Shown one piece after another: positions 52,026-62,815 of a stretch of 64,000 nt of DNA (position 1 is the first letter of the stretch; each line of letters opens with the position of its first letter). Made by a program: the position numbers and the translations under genes. The stretch is from the NCBI GenBank assembly GCA_963741945.1, contig CAVUKA010000001.1, forward strand, positions 608,001 to 672,000, given 5' to 3'. Below the pieces are notes generated by a model that had not been told where the DNA came from, ran no database searches, and was given only the letters and a program-made list of their open reading frames with translations. The stretch is from an uncultured Gemmatimonadales bacterium. GTDB lineage: Bacteria; Gemmatimonadota; Gemmatimonadetes; Longimicrobiales; RSA9.

Positions 52026-54536
52026 CTACTCCCCGTAGTACGCGTACTGGTAGTACCCGCCGTACTTCGGCACCGTGGCGTCCGGGTCGTTCAGCACCGC
52101 CCCCAGGATCCGGGCCCTCACGTTGTCCAGCTGCCGCACCGCCTCGCGGGCCGCCCCCTGGTCCGTCTGCCCTGCCCGCACCACCATCACCACGCCATCC
52201 GCACGCGCGCCCAGGATCGCGGCGTCGCCCGCGGCCAGGAGCGGCGGGGTGTCGAAGATGATGAGCTCGAAGTTCTCGCGCAGCTTCTCCACCAGCTCCC
52301 GCATGCGCGCGCTCCCCAGCACTTCCGACGGGTTCGGCGGGAGCGCGCCGGAGGGCAGGACGAACAGCCCGTCCACCTCGGTGGCCCGCACCGCGTCCTC
52401 GGCGCCCGCGCGCCCCATGAGCAGCTCCGTGAGCCCCGGCTCCCTGGTCGCGCCGAACACCCGGTGCAGCCTGGCCTTCCTCAGGTCCGCGTCCACCACC
52501 AGCACCCGCACGCCCTGCTGTGCGAACGTGGTGGCCAGGTTTGACGCCGCCGTGGTCTTCCCTTCCGCTTCCCCGGAGCTCGTCACCACGATGATCCGCA
52601 GCTCCTCGCCCAGCTGCGAGAAGAGCAGGTTTGTCCGCAGCGTACGGTACGCCTCCGCCCCCGACGAGCGCGCGTCGTGGAGCACCACCAGCTCCCGCGT
52701 CGACGACCCGATGGCTCGCCCGGAGCCCTCGCCGCCCGCACCTCCGCCGCCACCCGCCGCGACCTTCCCATTCCCGTTCGCCCCGGCCGGTACCGGAACG
52801 CGCTGGCCTTTCCCCAGCGCCGGCACCCGCCGCCCGGCGATCCGCCGGCCGTTTCCGTTGCCCGTGTGCAGACGCGGCACGACGCCCAGGGGCGTGAGGC
52901 CGAGCACGCGCTCGATGTCGTCCTTGCGACGGATGGCGGTATCCATGTGCTCGCGCAGGAACGCGCCGCCGGAGCCCAGCATCAGCCCCAGCATCGCCGC
53001 CAGCGCCAGCTTCAGCGGCGTACCCGTGCCGATGGGCTCGTCCGGCAGCGGCGCGGCGTCCAGGATCTCCACCTGACCAGCCTCCACGGCCTCGGAGATC
53101 TGCGCCTTCTGGTACTCCTCGCGCAGCTGGTCTGCCATGTTCTTGATGGTCTCGAAGCGCTGCACCAGCCTCGCCTCTTCCGACTCCGTCGCCGGCAGGC
53201 GCCGCATGGTGGCCGCGTTCCTCGCCTTCAACTCGTCCAGCGCCTGCACCCTCGCCGCCAGCGACGCCACGTGGCTCCCCGCCGCGTCCAGCAGGTCACC
53301 CTCCGTCCGCTGGATCAGCGAGTCCAGCGCCGTCACGTCCGGGTTCGTATGCGCCGACCCCCACTCCCCTTCCGTCACGGAGTCCCGGGCCGCGCCGTAC
53401 GCCGCCAGCTTCTGGTAGAGCGACGCGATCACCGGGTTCTGCGCCATCTCCGGCACCGACACGAGCGCCCGCAGCGCCTCCCGCTGGGGCGCGCGGCCTT
53501 CCGCCTTCCTTGCCGATACCAGCAGCCGGTCGTACATGCGGCGCTGGGCCGCCAGCTCCTCGCGCCGCACGTCCAGCTCCATCATCCCCGCCTGCTCCGC
53601 GGACAGCCGCGCGTCCGAGCTGTACATTTCCTTGCTGCTCCGGAACGCGCTCAGCTGCCCGTGCGTGGCCGTGAGCAGCGAGTCCGTCCCCGCCAGCTGC
53701 TCCTCGATGAACACCCGGCGACGCCGCGCCTCGTCCTGCGCCGACCGCCGGTCCTCCTCCTGGTACGCCTCCACCACCGAGTTCACCACGCGCCGCGCCA
53801 GGTGCGGGTCGTGCCCCACGTACGTCACGTCCACAACGTCCGTCTGGTCCCGGGCCGACGCCGTGAGCTGCTCCTGGAGCGCGTCGATCGCCGCGGGCCG
53901 GGAACGAAGCACGAACGTGGCCTCGTCCATGTCCGGATCTGCGGCGATGGCGAACGCGAACCCGTCAGCTTCCGCCCGCCCGCCGTACGCCGTGGGACTC
54001 ACCGCACCCTCCACCTGGAAGCCGGTGTCCTCGAAGCGCACCTTCAGCGTGTCCGTCCGCGACGGGTCCTCCACCACCACGCCCCGCACCAGGTCCCGCG
54101 GGAACGCCGGCGATTCCGGCGCCAGCCGCAGCCCCTCCCGGTCCACCACCACGCCCGCCACCCGCCGGCTGCGCAACACCTGGATCTGCGACAGCAGCGG
54201 GTCCGTGGTCCGGCCCACCAGCTGGTCCAGCCCCGGCGCTTCCAGCCCCGCGGTCATGGCCTTCCGCGCGTCCACCACCCGGATCGTCGCCTGGGCGCGG
54301 TACTCGGGGTGCTGGAGTCGGATGAACGCGAACGCCCCAGCCACGCACAACACCATCGCGCCCGCCACCAGCCAGGCGTGACGCCGCAGGATCTCGAACA
54401 CCTCCCGCAGCTCGATCTCGTCCGCCGCCCGCTCAGGCGCGCGCGGCCGGCCAGGAGACCCGAACGCGCCGTTGCCCCGGGGCGCTACCGGGCCGCCGTC
54501 GTGCGGCGGCGAGGGAAGGTTCCGTCCGTCGGTCAT
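52026..54536 (-). CDS. wzc: Polysaccharide co-polymerase / tyrosine autokinase
   Basis: Wzz N domain, EAYRTLRTNL, EGKTT, VDADLR, PPNPSE, DTPP and Tyr-rich tail YGGYYQYAYYGE. Confidence 0.95.
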   Translation of the reverse strand: MTDGRNLPSPPHDGGPVAPRGNGAFGSPGRPRAPERAADEIELREVFEILRRHAWLVAGAMVLCVAGAFAFIRLQHPEYRAQATIRVVDARKAMTAGLEAPGLDQLVGRTTDPLLSQIQVLRSRRVAGVVVDREGLRLAPESPAFPRDLVRGVVVEDPSRTDTLKVRFEDTGFQVEGAVSPTAYGGRAEADGFAFAIAADPDMDEATFVLRSRPAAIDALQEQLTASARDQTDVVDVTYVGHDPHLARRVVNSVVEAYQEEDRRSAQDEARRRRVFIEEQLAGTDSLLTATHGQLSAFRSSKEMYSSDARLSAEQAGMMELDVRREELAAQRRMYDRLLVSARKAEGRAPQREALRALVSVPEMAQNPVIASLYQKLAAYGAARDSVTEGEWGSAHTNPDVTALDSLIQRTEGDLLDAAGSHVASLAARVQALDELKARNAATMRRLPATESEEARLVQRFETIKNMADQLREEYQKAQISEAVEAGQVEILDAAPLPDEPIGTGTPLKLALAAMLGLMLGSGGAFLREHMDTAIRRKDDIERVLGLTPLGVVPRLHTGNGNGRRIAGRRVPALGKGQRVPVPAGANGNGKVAAGGGGGAGGEGSGRAIGSSTRELVVLHDARSSGAEAYRTLRTNLLFSQLGEELRIIVVTSSGEAEGKTTAASNLATTFAQQGVRVLVVDADLRKARLHRVFGATREPGLTELLMGRAGAEDAVRATEVDGLFVLPSGALPPNPSEVLGSARMRELVEKLRENFELIIFDTPPLLAAGDAAILGARADGVVMVVRAGQTDQGAAREAVRQLDNVRARILGAVLNDPDATVPKYGGYYQYAYYGE

Positions 54537-55150
54537 CGCGTCGCGTAGTTGATGATCATGGCCGTGGCGCCCAGAATGCTCGCCACCGGCGCGAAGTAGT
54601 CACGGAGCCAGTTCCGGCGCCGACTCACAATGATCTGGTCGCCGGAGCGGACTTTCAACGCCGCCACCCCGGCCTCCGGCTTCGTCAGATCGATCTTGAA
54701 TTGCTGACCATCGCGGAACAGGATCACCCTGTCCATGCGGCCCTGGTCCGTCGCCCCGCCAGCCTTCGCCACCGCTTCACCCAGCGTGGTCTCGGGCGTG
54801 AGGGGGTACAGGTTCGGCAGCCGCACCTCGCCCCCCACCGCCACCCGGAACAGCGGCTCGATCACGAAGCTCGGTGAAGACTCGTAGCGGGAGAGAAAGC
54901 GCCCGATCTTCACCTCCGCCGAGTCGGCCGTCAGTCCGGCCACATGAACACCCCGGTACAGCGGGTGGCGGATCGTGCCATCCTCGGCAATGTCGAATTC
55001 GCCGCTCAGCTCCTCGTTCCGCCACACCGTGATGCGCACCGCGTCGCCCGCGTGCAGCACCGGGTCCGGGTTGGTGGTGGGGAGATCCTGCGCCGCCGCG
55101 AGCGCGGGGGCGAGGAGGAACGGGGCCAGCAGCAGGATACGCCAGGTCAT
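54533..55150 (-). CDS. wza: Polysaccharide export protein (Poly_export + SLBB)
   Basis: GDAVRITVWRNEELSGEF..DGTI.HP, VGGEVR.P and AGG motifs. Confidence 0.85.
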   Translation of the reverse strand: MTWRILLLAPFLLAPALAAAQDLPTTNPDPVLHAGDAVRITVWRNEELSGEFDIAEDGTIRHPLYRGVHVAGLTADSAEVKIGRFLSRYESSPSFVIEPLFRVAVGGEVRLPNLYPLTPETTLGEAVAKAGGATDQGRMDRVILFRDGQQFKIDLTKPEAGVAALKVRSGDQIIVSRRRNWLRDYFAPVASILGATAMIINYATR

Positions 55151-55201
55151 CGGCGACTCGATCGTTCTCACAGGTTCAAACAGTCCACTAAGTTAATGGC
55201 G

Positions 55202-56491
55202 TCAATCGGCTCGTGGTACCACGGACTGGAGGATCTCCAGGTAGCGGGCGGCCAGCGCTTCGCGGCTGTAGTGCCGGGCGACGTAGCCCCGCCCACGCTC
55301 GCCGTCTGCCGCGCGTTCGGCGGGCGCCCTCCCGCGCAGGCGCAGAATCCCTTCGGCCATCGCGTCCGCGTCGCCCGGCGGGCTGACCAGCCCCGCGCCG
55401 CTCTCCTCCACGATCCTCGCCGCCTCGCCGGCCACGCTGGCCAGCAGCGGCCGCTGGCAGGCCAGCACCTCGAAGATCTTCGACGGCACCGTCTCGGTGA
55501 AGATGGGGACGGGGGCGAGGGGGACAAGGCAGAGGTCGCACGCGTTGTAGAACGCCCGCGTGCGCTCCTTCTCGATCGGCGGGTGGATGCTCAGGTTCGG
55601 CAGCCGCAGCTCCGCGGCCCTCGCCTCCACCAGCGACTTCTCCTTGCCATCCCCCACCAGCACGAAGCGCACGTCGGGCGCCCGCTCCTTCAGCCGCGCG
55701 GCCGCTTCCACGACGGTGCGGATTTCCTGCCCCGCGCCGAAGTTGCCCAGGTAGCCCACCACGAACCCGCCGCTGGTCCGGGCCAGCTCCGGCAGCGGCG
55801 GCGGCGCGTCCGGGTCGCGGTAGTACGCGTCCATGCCCACGCCGTTCGGGATCACGTCAATGCGCTCGGCGGGGAAACCCTTGTCCGCCACCCGCCGCCG
55901 GAACGACTCCGTGACGACGATCGCGCGGCTCGCCCGCCGGAGCAGGTAGCGCTCGAGCCCGAACAGCGCGCGCTGCCCCGCGCGGTTCCGGAGCACGCCC
56001 ATCTCCACCATGTAGTCCGGCCACAGGTCCCGGATCTCCAGCACCAGCGGCGCCCGCTTCAGGCGACGCACGGCGTCTCCCGCCACGTGGGCCAGGAATG
56101 GCGGCGAGCTGGCGATCACCACGTCCAGCGGGCCGGCGCGGCGCAGGGCGTGGAGCGCCCCCGTGACCATGAACGACACGTTGTTGGCCACCGTGTGGGC
56201 GAAGCCGCGGTCCGGGCTCGTCCACACCCAGGAGCGGAGGACGCGGATGCCGTCCACGCGCTCCTCCATGAAGCGGCGCCCCCGGTAGTCCGGGTGGACC
56301 TCGCCGTCGGGCCGCCCCGGCATGCGACGCCACGGCATCCCCGTGACCACCGTCACGTCCGCCCCGGCCGCCGTCCAGTGCCGCGACAGCTCCAGCACCC
56401 TCGCGGGGCCCGCCCCCACTTCGGGGGGGAAGTCCTGGTTGATGTAGCCAATGCGAAGAGGCCGGCCGCCGTCCGTCCCGCTATCCGTCAT
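55202..56491 (-). CDS. GT4 glycosyltransferase (WbuB-like)
   Basis: FPPEVGA, SSPP, EIRDLWPD, YLGNFG..Q and PSKIFE motifs. Confidence 0.9.
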   Translation of the reverse strand: MTDSGTDGGRPLRIGYINQDFPPEVGAGPARVLELSRHWTAAGADVTVVTGMPWRRMPGRPDGEVHPDYRGRRFMEERVDGIRVLRSWVWTSPDRGFAHTVANNVSFMVTGALHALRRAGPLDVVIASSPPFLAHVAGDAVRRLKRAPLVLEIRDLWPDYMVEMGVLRNRAGQRALFGLERYLLRRASRAIVVTESFRRRVADKGFPAERIDVIPNGVGMDAYYRDPDAPPPLPELARTSGGFVVGYLGNFGAGQEIRTVVEAAARLKERAPDVRFVLVGDGKEKSLVEARAAELRLPNLSIHPPIEKERTRAFYNACDLCLVPLAPVPIFTETVPSKIFEVLACQRPLLASVAGEAARIVEESGAGLVSPPGDADAMAEGILRLRGRAPAERAADGERGRGYVARHYSREALAARYLEILQSVVPRAD

Positions 56492-58232
56492 TCCGCTCCA
56501 GCAGCTCGATCTCCCAGCCGGCCTCCCGGCCGTCGTTCCGCTCCACGGTCAGCTCCAGCGCGGGCGAGGGGAGCGCCTTCCCGAACTCCGGGCAGTGCCA
56601 CCCCTGCACGGGGTCCATCTCACCCTCCACGATCCGGAGCGCGTCCATCCCGAACGGCTGGATCGCGACGACGGCCGCGCCGCTCCCACCGGCGCCCACG
56701 GCGTCCCGGGTCCGCGCCAACAGCCGGCCGCCCGCCCGCTCCACCGTCCAGTCGGGGTGGAGGTGGAGGAACGACTTCAGTCGCGCGCCCGGGGCGCCGT
56801 CCACCCGGTCCGTGACGCGCCAGCGCCCGGCCCGCCCCTCAATGCGACGCACGTGCGTGGCCCGCCGGTGGTGGTACGGCCGGTAGCTCCCCTCGAAGCG
56901 GAGCTCCGCGCCGTCGAGGACCGCCCGGCCGGTGATCTTCCGGGGCCGGCGCGCCATGCGGAACGTCGCCCAGACTTCGGCCTGTTCACGGTCCCCGATC
57001 ATCACGGTATTGTGGGCCCGGGTGCTCCGGACGTACTCGCGGTACGGGTCGCCGTCGTAGCCGTGGACGCCGGCGTCCACCGCGAACCGTCGCCCGGCCA
57101 GGTCCAGCTCGAAGCTCAGCAGGTCGCAGTGGGCGTGGCCCGGCTGGTAGCGCGGCCCGGGGTCGCCCGCGTCCACCAGCAGCCGCGTCCCCGCGGCCGC
57201 GTCCACCACCCCCCAGTAGCCCGCGTCCGGCAGCGCCACCAGCCCCTCGGGCGACGGCACGCCACGCCCCAGCACGGCCCTGGCCAGCGCGTCCACGTCC
57301 GCCCGCTCCGGGGCGATCCCGTTGGCTGCGTCGTTGAACAGGTGGAGCGACCCGTCCGGCCGGGTCAGGATGCCCATGGCGTCCACCATGGCCTCCACGC
57401 GCACGGCGGCTTCCGGCGGCACCGGCCGCCCCGCCTGGCGGAACAGGGAGATCAGCTCCAGGTAGTCCGCCGTGGCAATGGCGTGGTACATGGGCGAGCG
57501 CTCGTACTGCGCGCCGTCCGGCAGCACCTGCTCGAACAGCTCCCGCCACGACCCCCGCTCCCCCTTCCGCAGCCACCGCTCCGCCGCCGGCCCCTGGAAG
57601 AACAGCCCGCCCACGGCCAGCGCCTTGAAGTTCTTCTGGAGGTGGTTGGCCAGGATGTGGTACTCCAGGCGACGCTCCAGGAACGGCAGCTGCGCCGCCA
57701 GGCTCCCTTCCAGCTCCTTCCGGGCCTCCGGCCGGACCGCGTCCCCCAGCAGGAGCAGCGCGTAGATCCAGTTGACCACGCGCAGCGGGATGGCGTACGG
57801 CTCCCACCCGTCCCCGCGCCCCGGGTCCGTCCCCCGCACCCACCCCAGCGCCAGCTCCTCGAAGCGCCGGACGTAGCGCTCCTCGCCCGTGGCCCCGAAC
57901 GCCCGCGCGAGGTCCAGGGCGTAGTCGAAGTAGTGGAGGTTGTAGCTCCACAGGTGGCTGACGTGGCGCCGCGACCAGTCGAGCTCGCCGAAGGTCTCCT
58001 CATGATTGAGGAACGCGAACCGGCCTTCGACCACCGCGTGCCCCCGCGAGGCCATGCCGAGGCAGGCAGGCACATCTAGCGGTGCGTGCGCCCTTGGTAA
58101 CGAACTGTGGGCTTTTCCATTCAACCCGGGTCGTGTTCGCCGGAGCGGCCGCAGTACTCGCCCCAGTACCTGGCCCGGACGAAGGTAACTCCCAGTTCGA
58201 AGGGCGAGGATGCTGTACCAGAGAACCCCCAC
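56481..58232 (-). CDS. Heparinase II/III-like protein
   Basis: LWSYNLHYFDY, LEYHILANHL, EQVLPDG..YERSPMYH, GHAHCD.LSFEL and RSTRAHNT motifs; start uncertain. Confidence 0.88.
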   Translation of the reverse strand: MGVLWYSILALRTGSYLRPGQVLGRVLRPLRRTRPGLNGKAHSSLPRAHAPLDVPACLGMASRGHAVVEGRFAFLNHEETFGELDWSRRHVSHLWSYNLHYFDYALDLARAFGATGEERYVRRFEELALGWVRGTDPGRGDGWEPYAIPLRVVNWIYALLLLGDAVRPEARKELEGSLAAQLPFLERRLEYHILANHLQKNFKALAVGGLFFQGPAAERWLRKGERGSWRELFEQVLPDGAQYERSPMYHAIATADYLELISLFRQAGRPVPPEAAVRVEAMVDAMGILTRPDGSLHLFNDAANGIAPERADVDALARAVLGRGVPSPEGLVALPDAGYWGVVDAAAGTRLLVDAGDPGPRYQPGHAHCDLLSFELDLAGRRFAVDAGVHGYDGDPYREYVRSTRAHNTVMIGDREQAEVWATFRMARRPRKITGRAVLDGAELRFEGSYRPYHHRRATHVRRIEGRAGRWRVTDRVDGAPGARLKSFLHLHPDWTVERAGGRLLARTRDAVGAGGSGAAVVAIQPFGMDALRIVEGEMDPVQGWHCPEFGKALPSPALELTVERNDGREAGWEIELLERNDG

Positions 58233-58237
58233 CGGAG

Positions 58238-59041
58238 TCAGCCTTCGTGCCGGCGGACTTTGCGGTAAACGGCCAGTATATTCACTCGAAAACCGCTCAA
58301 TATTTCGTAAGAGTTCACGAGACGCTCGTACAACACCCCCGCGAGGAAAGCCGGGCGCGACCACATCAGGTAGTTCGGCTTGGTCTCGATCATCTCCAGG
58401 CGCTCCTCAACGAGCCCTGCGGAGCGGGCGAGGCGCGCCAGCGTCCGGCGGCTATTGGCTCGATACGCCGTAGGGAACGTGCCGTCTGTTGCACGCCCTC
58501 GCAGACGCATGTTCAAATATTTGTGAAGAGAATTGGGCGTCGCACGCGCCAGTAATGCCACATAATGCCAGCGGTTGGGGGTCAAGACGATCATAACCCC
58601 ACGGATCTTCATTATCCGAGCGACTTCGCGCAGAGCCACGTCAGGCGCCCGCAAGTGCTCGAATACATAGCGAGAAAACACCAAATCAAAGGAACCATCG
58701 GCGAACGGAAGCTCGTTAATCGAGCCGAGTACCCGGTCGTCCAAGATCTGGTTGTGTGTGATGGCGGCGTCTAGGTCCACCCCAATTACGCGCCGCTGAG
58801 CACCCCGATAGTCCCGAGGATAGAGTCTTCCGCCTCCGCACCCGATATCCAGTATGCGAGCATCGGAGCGTAAATACTCTCGAATAGTGCTGTCGAGGCG
58901 CTGCGATTCGTCGGTGTAATTCGGATAGAATCGTTGTACCAGGCGGTCAATGCCTCGTCTCCTCGATCTACTCACGATAGGTATTGCCTCAATGGAAGAA
59001 GAACCGGGTAACCGCCGGATGGCCTTCGAGCCTGTGTTCAA
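58238..59041 (-). CDS. Class I SAM-dependent methyltransferase
   Basis: ILDIGCGGG, GVDLD and LPFADGSFDLV..VFEHL motifs; start uncertain. Confidence 0.88.
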   Translation of the reverse strand: MNTGSKAIRRLPGSSSIEAIPIVSRSRRRGIDRLVQRFYPNYTDESQRLDSTIREYLRSDARILDIGCGGGRLYPRDYRGAQRRVIGVDLDAAITHNQILDDRVLGSINELPFADGSFDLVFSRYVFEHLRAPDVALREVARIMKIRGVMIVLTPNRWHYVALLARATPNSLHKYLNMRLRGRATDGTFPTAYRANSRRTLARLARSAGLVEERLEMIETKPNYLMWSRPAFLAGVLYERLVNSYEILSGFRVNILAVYRKVRRHEG

Positions 59042-60123
59042 ACTGCTACAACCTCTCTATAGAACGCCTCTCCCGCCGATCTGCTCAGTCGAGATCGGAA
59101 GACCTCCTGGTTGTGGTGCCCGATTGCTCGGAGAAGGTCCCTGTTTGCGTCGAGCGTTTGAATCGCTTCAATCAGGGACGGAACGTCTCCGGGAATAATG
59201 CGATATCCGGACTTACCATCAACAATGAAGCGATCGAGTGCCCCAACTGTCGTCGCAACCACAGGAAGACCTGCTCGCATCGCCTCGATCATCACATAGG
59301 GCATGGCTTCGGAATAGCTAGGCAAAACCAAAACATCCGCAGCCAAATAGAACGCGTCGAGTTTGCCTGAGCGGACGGGGCCGGCGAACTCTATCTCGCC
59401 GTCTGAGGAATCCGCCAGCGTCTTCAATTCGGACAGTTGCGGACCATCCCCCACGATCGTGAGAAGACAACGGCAGCCACTCCGCCGCAGCTTCAAAACC
59501 GCTTCCAGCAACTCGAATACACCCTTTTCGCGGCGCACCTGTCCGACGAAAAGCAGGTGCAGAGCGGCAAATTTGCCAGGGTTCTGAATCGACCGCGTTG
59601 GAACGCTATCCATGGGAGAAAAATTCTGGTATTCGGCCGACCACACGCTGGGGAATAGAACGTCAAAGGTGGTTCGTTGCTCTTCAGTTAGAAAGTATGC
59701 GGTGGTGACACGCCGGAAGACCAGTCCCGCCGCCGAGCGGGCGAGTCTGGACTTCAGATAGCTCAACTCCTCAAACCGACCACCGTGGAAGAAGATAGAG
59801 ATCTTTCCTCCATACTTCGCGGGGAAACTAAGCAAGATCAAAAGCAGCTTCAGAAACGTTCCAGGAGAAATTGTGGCATTGACGAATACGCGCCGGTACG
59901 GCTCCTGACGAACGAGCTTGCGCAAGCGCCACAAGCGCCGCACAACCCGGAACATGCGCCAGATCCACCACCGATCGGTGGATCCATTAACTGTTCCAGG
60001 ATCAAAGGTATCGGGATCTGCAAAATGCGTTAGCACCACCACCGCCCGCATGTGCGTCACGACGCCTCCGGCGGCGGCCTTAGAAGAGGCCGACGGTCCA
60101 ATGATCAGCAGGTCCTTACGCAT
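59038..60123 (-). CDS. GT4 glycosyltransferase
   Basis: FVGQVRREKG, VGDGP and LPSYSEAMPYVMIEAM..GLPVV motifs. Confidence 0.9.
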   Translation of the reverse strand: MRKDLLIIGPSASSKAAAGGVVTHMRAVVVLTHFADPDTFDPGTVNGSTDRWWIWRMFRVVRRLWRLRKLVRQEPYRRVFVNATISPGTFLKLLLILLSFPAKYGGKISIFFHGGRFEELSYLKSRLARSAAGLVFRRVTTAYFLTEEQRTTFDVLFPSVWSAEYQNFSPMDSVPTRSIQNPGKFAALHLLFVGQVRREKGVFELLEAVLKLRRSGCRCLLTIVGDGPQLSELKTLADSSDGEIEFAGPVRSGKLDAFYLAADVLVLPSYSEAMPYVMIEAMRAGLPVVATTVGALDRFIVDGKSGYRIIPGDVPSLIEAIQTLDANRDLLRAIGHHNQEVFRSRLSRSAGEAFYREVVAV

Positions 60124-60159
60124 CCGGCGTCGGGGAGATTGAAGCCAGCTCGTTCCACC

Positions 60160-61608
60160 TCACGAGGCCTCCAAGGGTCCTTCTGTCTGGGACATGCCCG
60201 AGGAAAAATGCGTTGGTGCTCGGCGAACGGCACTCGTGATCAGACGGACGCTCAAATGCGCGATCAAAATAGGAACGACCGCCTTCAGCAAGAGATCCTT
60301 GCAGAAGCCCCCAGCGTCAGTTCTGAAGAAAAATAGTAGCTCAGGCGCGGCCAGAGCGTACACGAGAACGATTGCCCCTGCGGAAGAGAGGTCGCGGTCT
60401 AGAGTTGATTGAAGCCACCCGACCAAGAGCCCTATGATCAAGAAAGAAAGCACTACGCCTGAAAAACCAAAGTTGAAATAAGCCTCGGCCACTGGTGAAA
60501 AGGCGAACCCGCCGCCGGCGTTCCATACTGAGCGGTACATCTCATGAACATACCATTCACTGGCGCTCAGCGGCCGATTGTCCCACAAACGCCGAGGGAT
60601 CAGCAAGGGCAAGGCTTTGAGATAGGTAGCACCGAGTTGAAACGGGATCTGTCGGGGCACTGCGTCGATAATGTCGTAGGTTGTCAAAACCGAAGCGGTC
60701 AGCTCACCGTTTCCGGGCGCATAAGATCTCCACAGGAGAGTTCGGCGCCAGTCAACATCGCTCCCGCCTCTGGAGATCCCGAGCGCGACGCTTCCCCCGA
60801 GGAGAGCAGCAGCAACGAACGCGACCCGCATCCCTCCTAGGCGCTTGCCTAGACTCTGGAGAACGACTAGTACCGAGATCACCATCGCGACAGCAGGGCC
60901 GCGCTTTTGAAAAAGCAGCGTCCACCCGAAGAACAACGCGAGTAATAGTAAGGCAGCAACTCGGAGTTTCCAGCCAATCGTTCCAGATCCAAGGCTCCAG
61001 ACCACCATCAAACCACCAGCGCCCACAAGACTGAGCCCTTCCAATGCTGGTCCGAGCCCCCGCAACTGGAGGTATCGGGCAGCGTAGCTCTTAGCACCAA
61101 CTGCCTCAATCCCACCGAGCCGGATGAGCAGTAGCGCTAGTAGTCCGGATCCGAGTAGCACCAGTGTGGCTCCGACGATTCTGACTGGGACCCGAAACCA
61201 CAGCGCCCTGAAGCGCCTACTTTCGGCTCCCCTATGTCCCCCCGATAGCCTTTGCCCCCATACGAACGAAACTAGCGCTACCCCGTGGAGCCAAATCGCA
61301 ATCTGCATTGGTCCAGACAGCAGTCCGCGAGTTCGAACAGTGTCCACCAAAGCACCAGATACGTAGGTCAGAGTGAATGGAACCGTGTATATGACGGCGC
61401 TGACGACCAGAAGTGTGTACGGGCTGAAGTATCCGAGATTGTGCGTTCGCGTCCGCCACGTCTCGTAGGCGCCCAGGATGAGCACAACTAACATCGTAAG
61501 CGGTATGCGTGCCGTGGCCGCCGCAATGGTCAGTAGACCAGAACAGCACAGCAGTACAGCCAGGTCTAACGAATTGAAGGCGAGATGCTTCGATTGGGCT
61601 TCATTCAT
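60160..61608 (-). CDS. wzy: Putative O-antigen/EPS polymerase Wzy
   Basis: About 11 hydrophobic segments with GATY...IPR.LW..RP and GFAFSPVAEAYFNFG; locus context. Confidence 0.75.
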   Translation of the reverse strand: MNEAQSKHLAFNSLDLAVLLCCSGLLTIAAATARIPLTMLVVLILGAYETWRTRTHNLGYFSPYTLLVVSAVIYTVPFTLTYVSGALVDTVRTRGLLSGPMQIAIWLHGVALVSFVWGQRLSGGHRGAESRRFRALWFRVPVRIVGATLVLLGSGLLALLLIRLGGIEAVGAKSYAARYLQLRGLGPALEGLSLVGAGGLMVVWSLGSGTIGWKLRVAALLLLALFFGWTLLFQKRGPAVAMVISVLVVLQSLGKRLGGMRVAFVAAALLGGSVALGISRGGSDVDWRRTLLWRSYAPGNGELTASVLTTYDIIDAVPRQIPFQLGATYLKALPLLIPRRLWDNRPLSASEWYVHEMYRSVWNAGGGFAFSPVAEAYFNFGFSGVVLSFLIIGLLVGWLQSTLDRDLSSAGAIVLVYALAAPELLFFFRTDAGGFCKDLLLKAVVPILIAHLSVRLITSAVRRAPTHFSSGMSQTEGPLEAS

Positions 61609-62815
61609 TGTAGTCTGGTAATTGCTGGGCTGCGGCGGGCGCACCAGAGACTCGGGATCTTAGTTGACGTAGAGAGGGAGGGCGTACGAAAAGTGCCGCC
61701 GTGAACATTATCTGCCCGATGAGCGACCCCAGTGCCGCGCCTGCGACACCGAAGTGGGCGACCAGGAAGGGAGCTGAAACGACTAATCCAGCCAACCCGA
61801 ACACCTGTGCCCGCGTGCCGGGCGCAGCATCACCCTCGCCGTAGTACCGGTGTACCCGTACCAATCCCACCGCCTGAACCGATACCGCGAACATCATTAT
61901 GACGAGCGCCGACGCTCCGGCGGCGTATTCGGGCCCGAACACAGTGCTAAGTAGTAGCCTCCCTGCCCCCGCTGCCACGACTATCGCCCCAACTCCAATG
62001 AGGACCACGGCATAGTATGCATGGCGGTCACCTGAAGAAGTCGCAGCTGGCGCGGCCGATCTTCCCAACACCACTTGGCTCAGCGCGTTCGGTACATAGA
62101 GGAAAGCCTCTGAAAGCGCCAACAACACAGAGTAAACACCCACATTTGCAGGCTGCAGCATCGCCGCCACTACATACAACGTATAGCGGAGATTCAGCGC
62201 CCGTGCTATACTCCCGCCTAGACTTCGAAGTCCGAACCTCATTTGCAGACGGAATACCGCCCGATCCCAACGAAGAGGCACAGGGCGAAGGAAAATAGCG
62301 TATGTGAATGCCGTCACGCCTATGATCGCTGTCCACACCAGAAGCAGCATTTCATAGGAATACTGTGTGGCCACTGCGGCCCCTAGAAGCCATAGCCCCC
62401 CCCAAAGCGCCTGAATGGCGCTAATCAGGCGGAACCGTTGTGACCCTTGAGCGATAGAGCGCAGCAATTGCGCAAAAACGAACACGCTGCCGCAGAAGGC
62501 CAGAATTGCCATGGCCAGAAATGGAGAAACGCCCATGAGGACCTGCGGGAAAGCCACGCTGAAGCCAAAGGCCGTGATCGGTCCTATCATTAAGGCGAGG
62601 GTGCTCAGCAACAGGCTGTTGAACGCCACAGCGCCTGCGGAGGCTGGGTTGCGTCCCACAACGTGGGCGTTTGAGTACTCGAAGCCGAAGGAAAAGACAG
62701 CACCGACCAAACCCATGTACGCGATCGCCAAGCCGAACGCGCCCTGAACAGCGGGGCCGAACGAACGAGCGATTAGCCAAACGCCCACCGCCTTCGCTGC
62801 ACCAAAGGCCACCAT
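61601..62815 (-). CDS. wzx: Putative oligosaccharide flippase Wzx
   Basis: About 12 TM segments with ARSFGP..QG, VGVYS, FGPEY and FGVAGAA motifs. Confidence 0.75.
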   Translation of the reverse strand: MVAFGAAKAVGVWLIARSFGPAVQGAFGLAIAYMGLVGAVFSFGFEYSNAHVVGRNPASAGAVAFNSLLLSTLALMIGPITAFGFSVAFPQVLMGVSPFLAMAILAFCGSVFVFAQLLRSIAQGSQRFRLISAIQALWGGLWLLGAAVATQYSYEMLLLVWTAIIGVTAFTYAIFLRPVPLRWDRAVFRLQMRFGLRSLGGSIARALNLRYTLYVVAAMLQPANVGVYSVLLALSEAFLYVPNALSQVVLGRSAAPAATSSGDRHAYYAVVLIGVGAIVVAAGAGRLLLSTVFGPEYAAGASALVIMMFAVSVQAVGLVRVHRYYGEGDAAPGTRAQVFGLAGLVVSAPFLVAHFGVAGAALGSLIGQIMFTAALFVRPPSLRQLRSRVSGAPAAAQQLPDYNE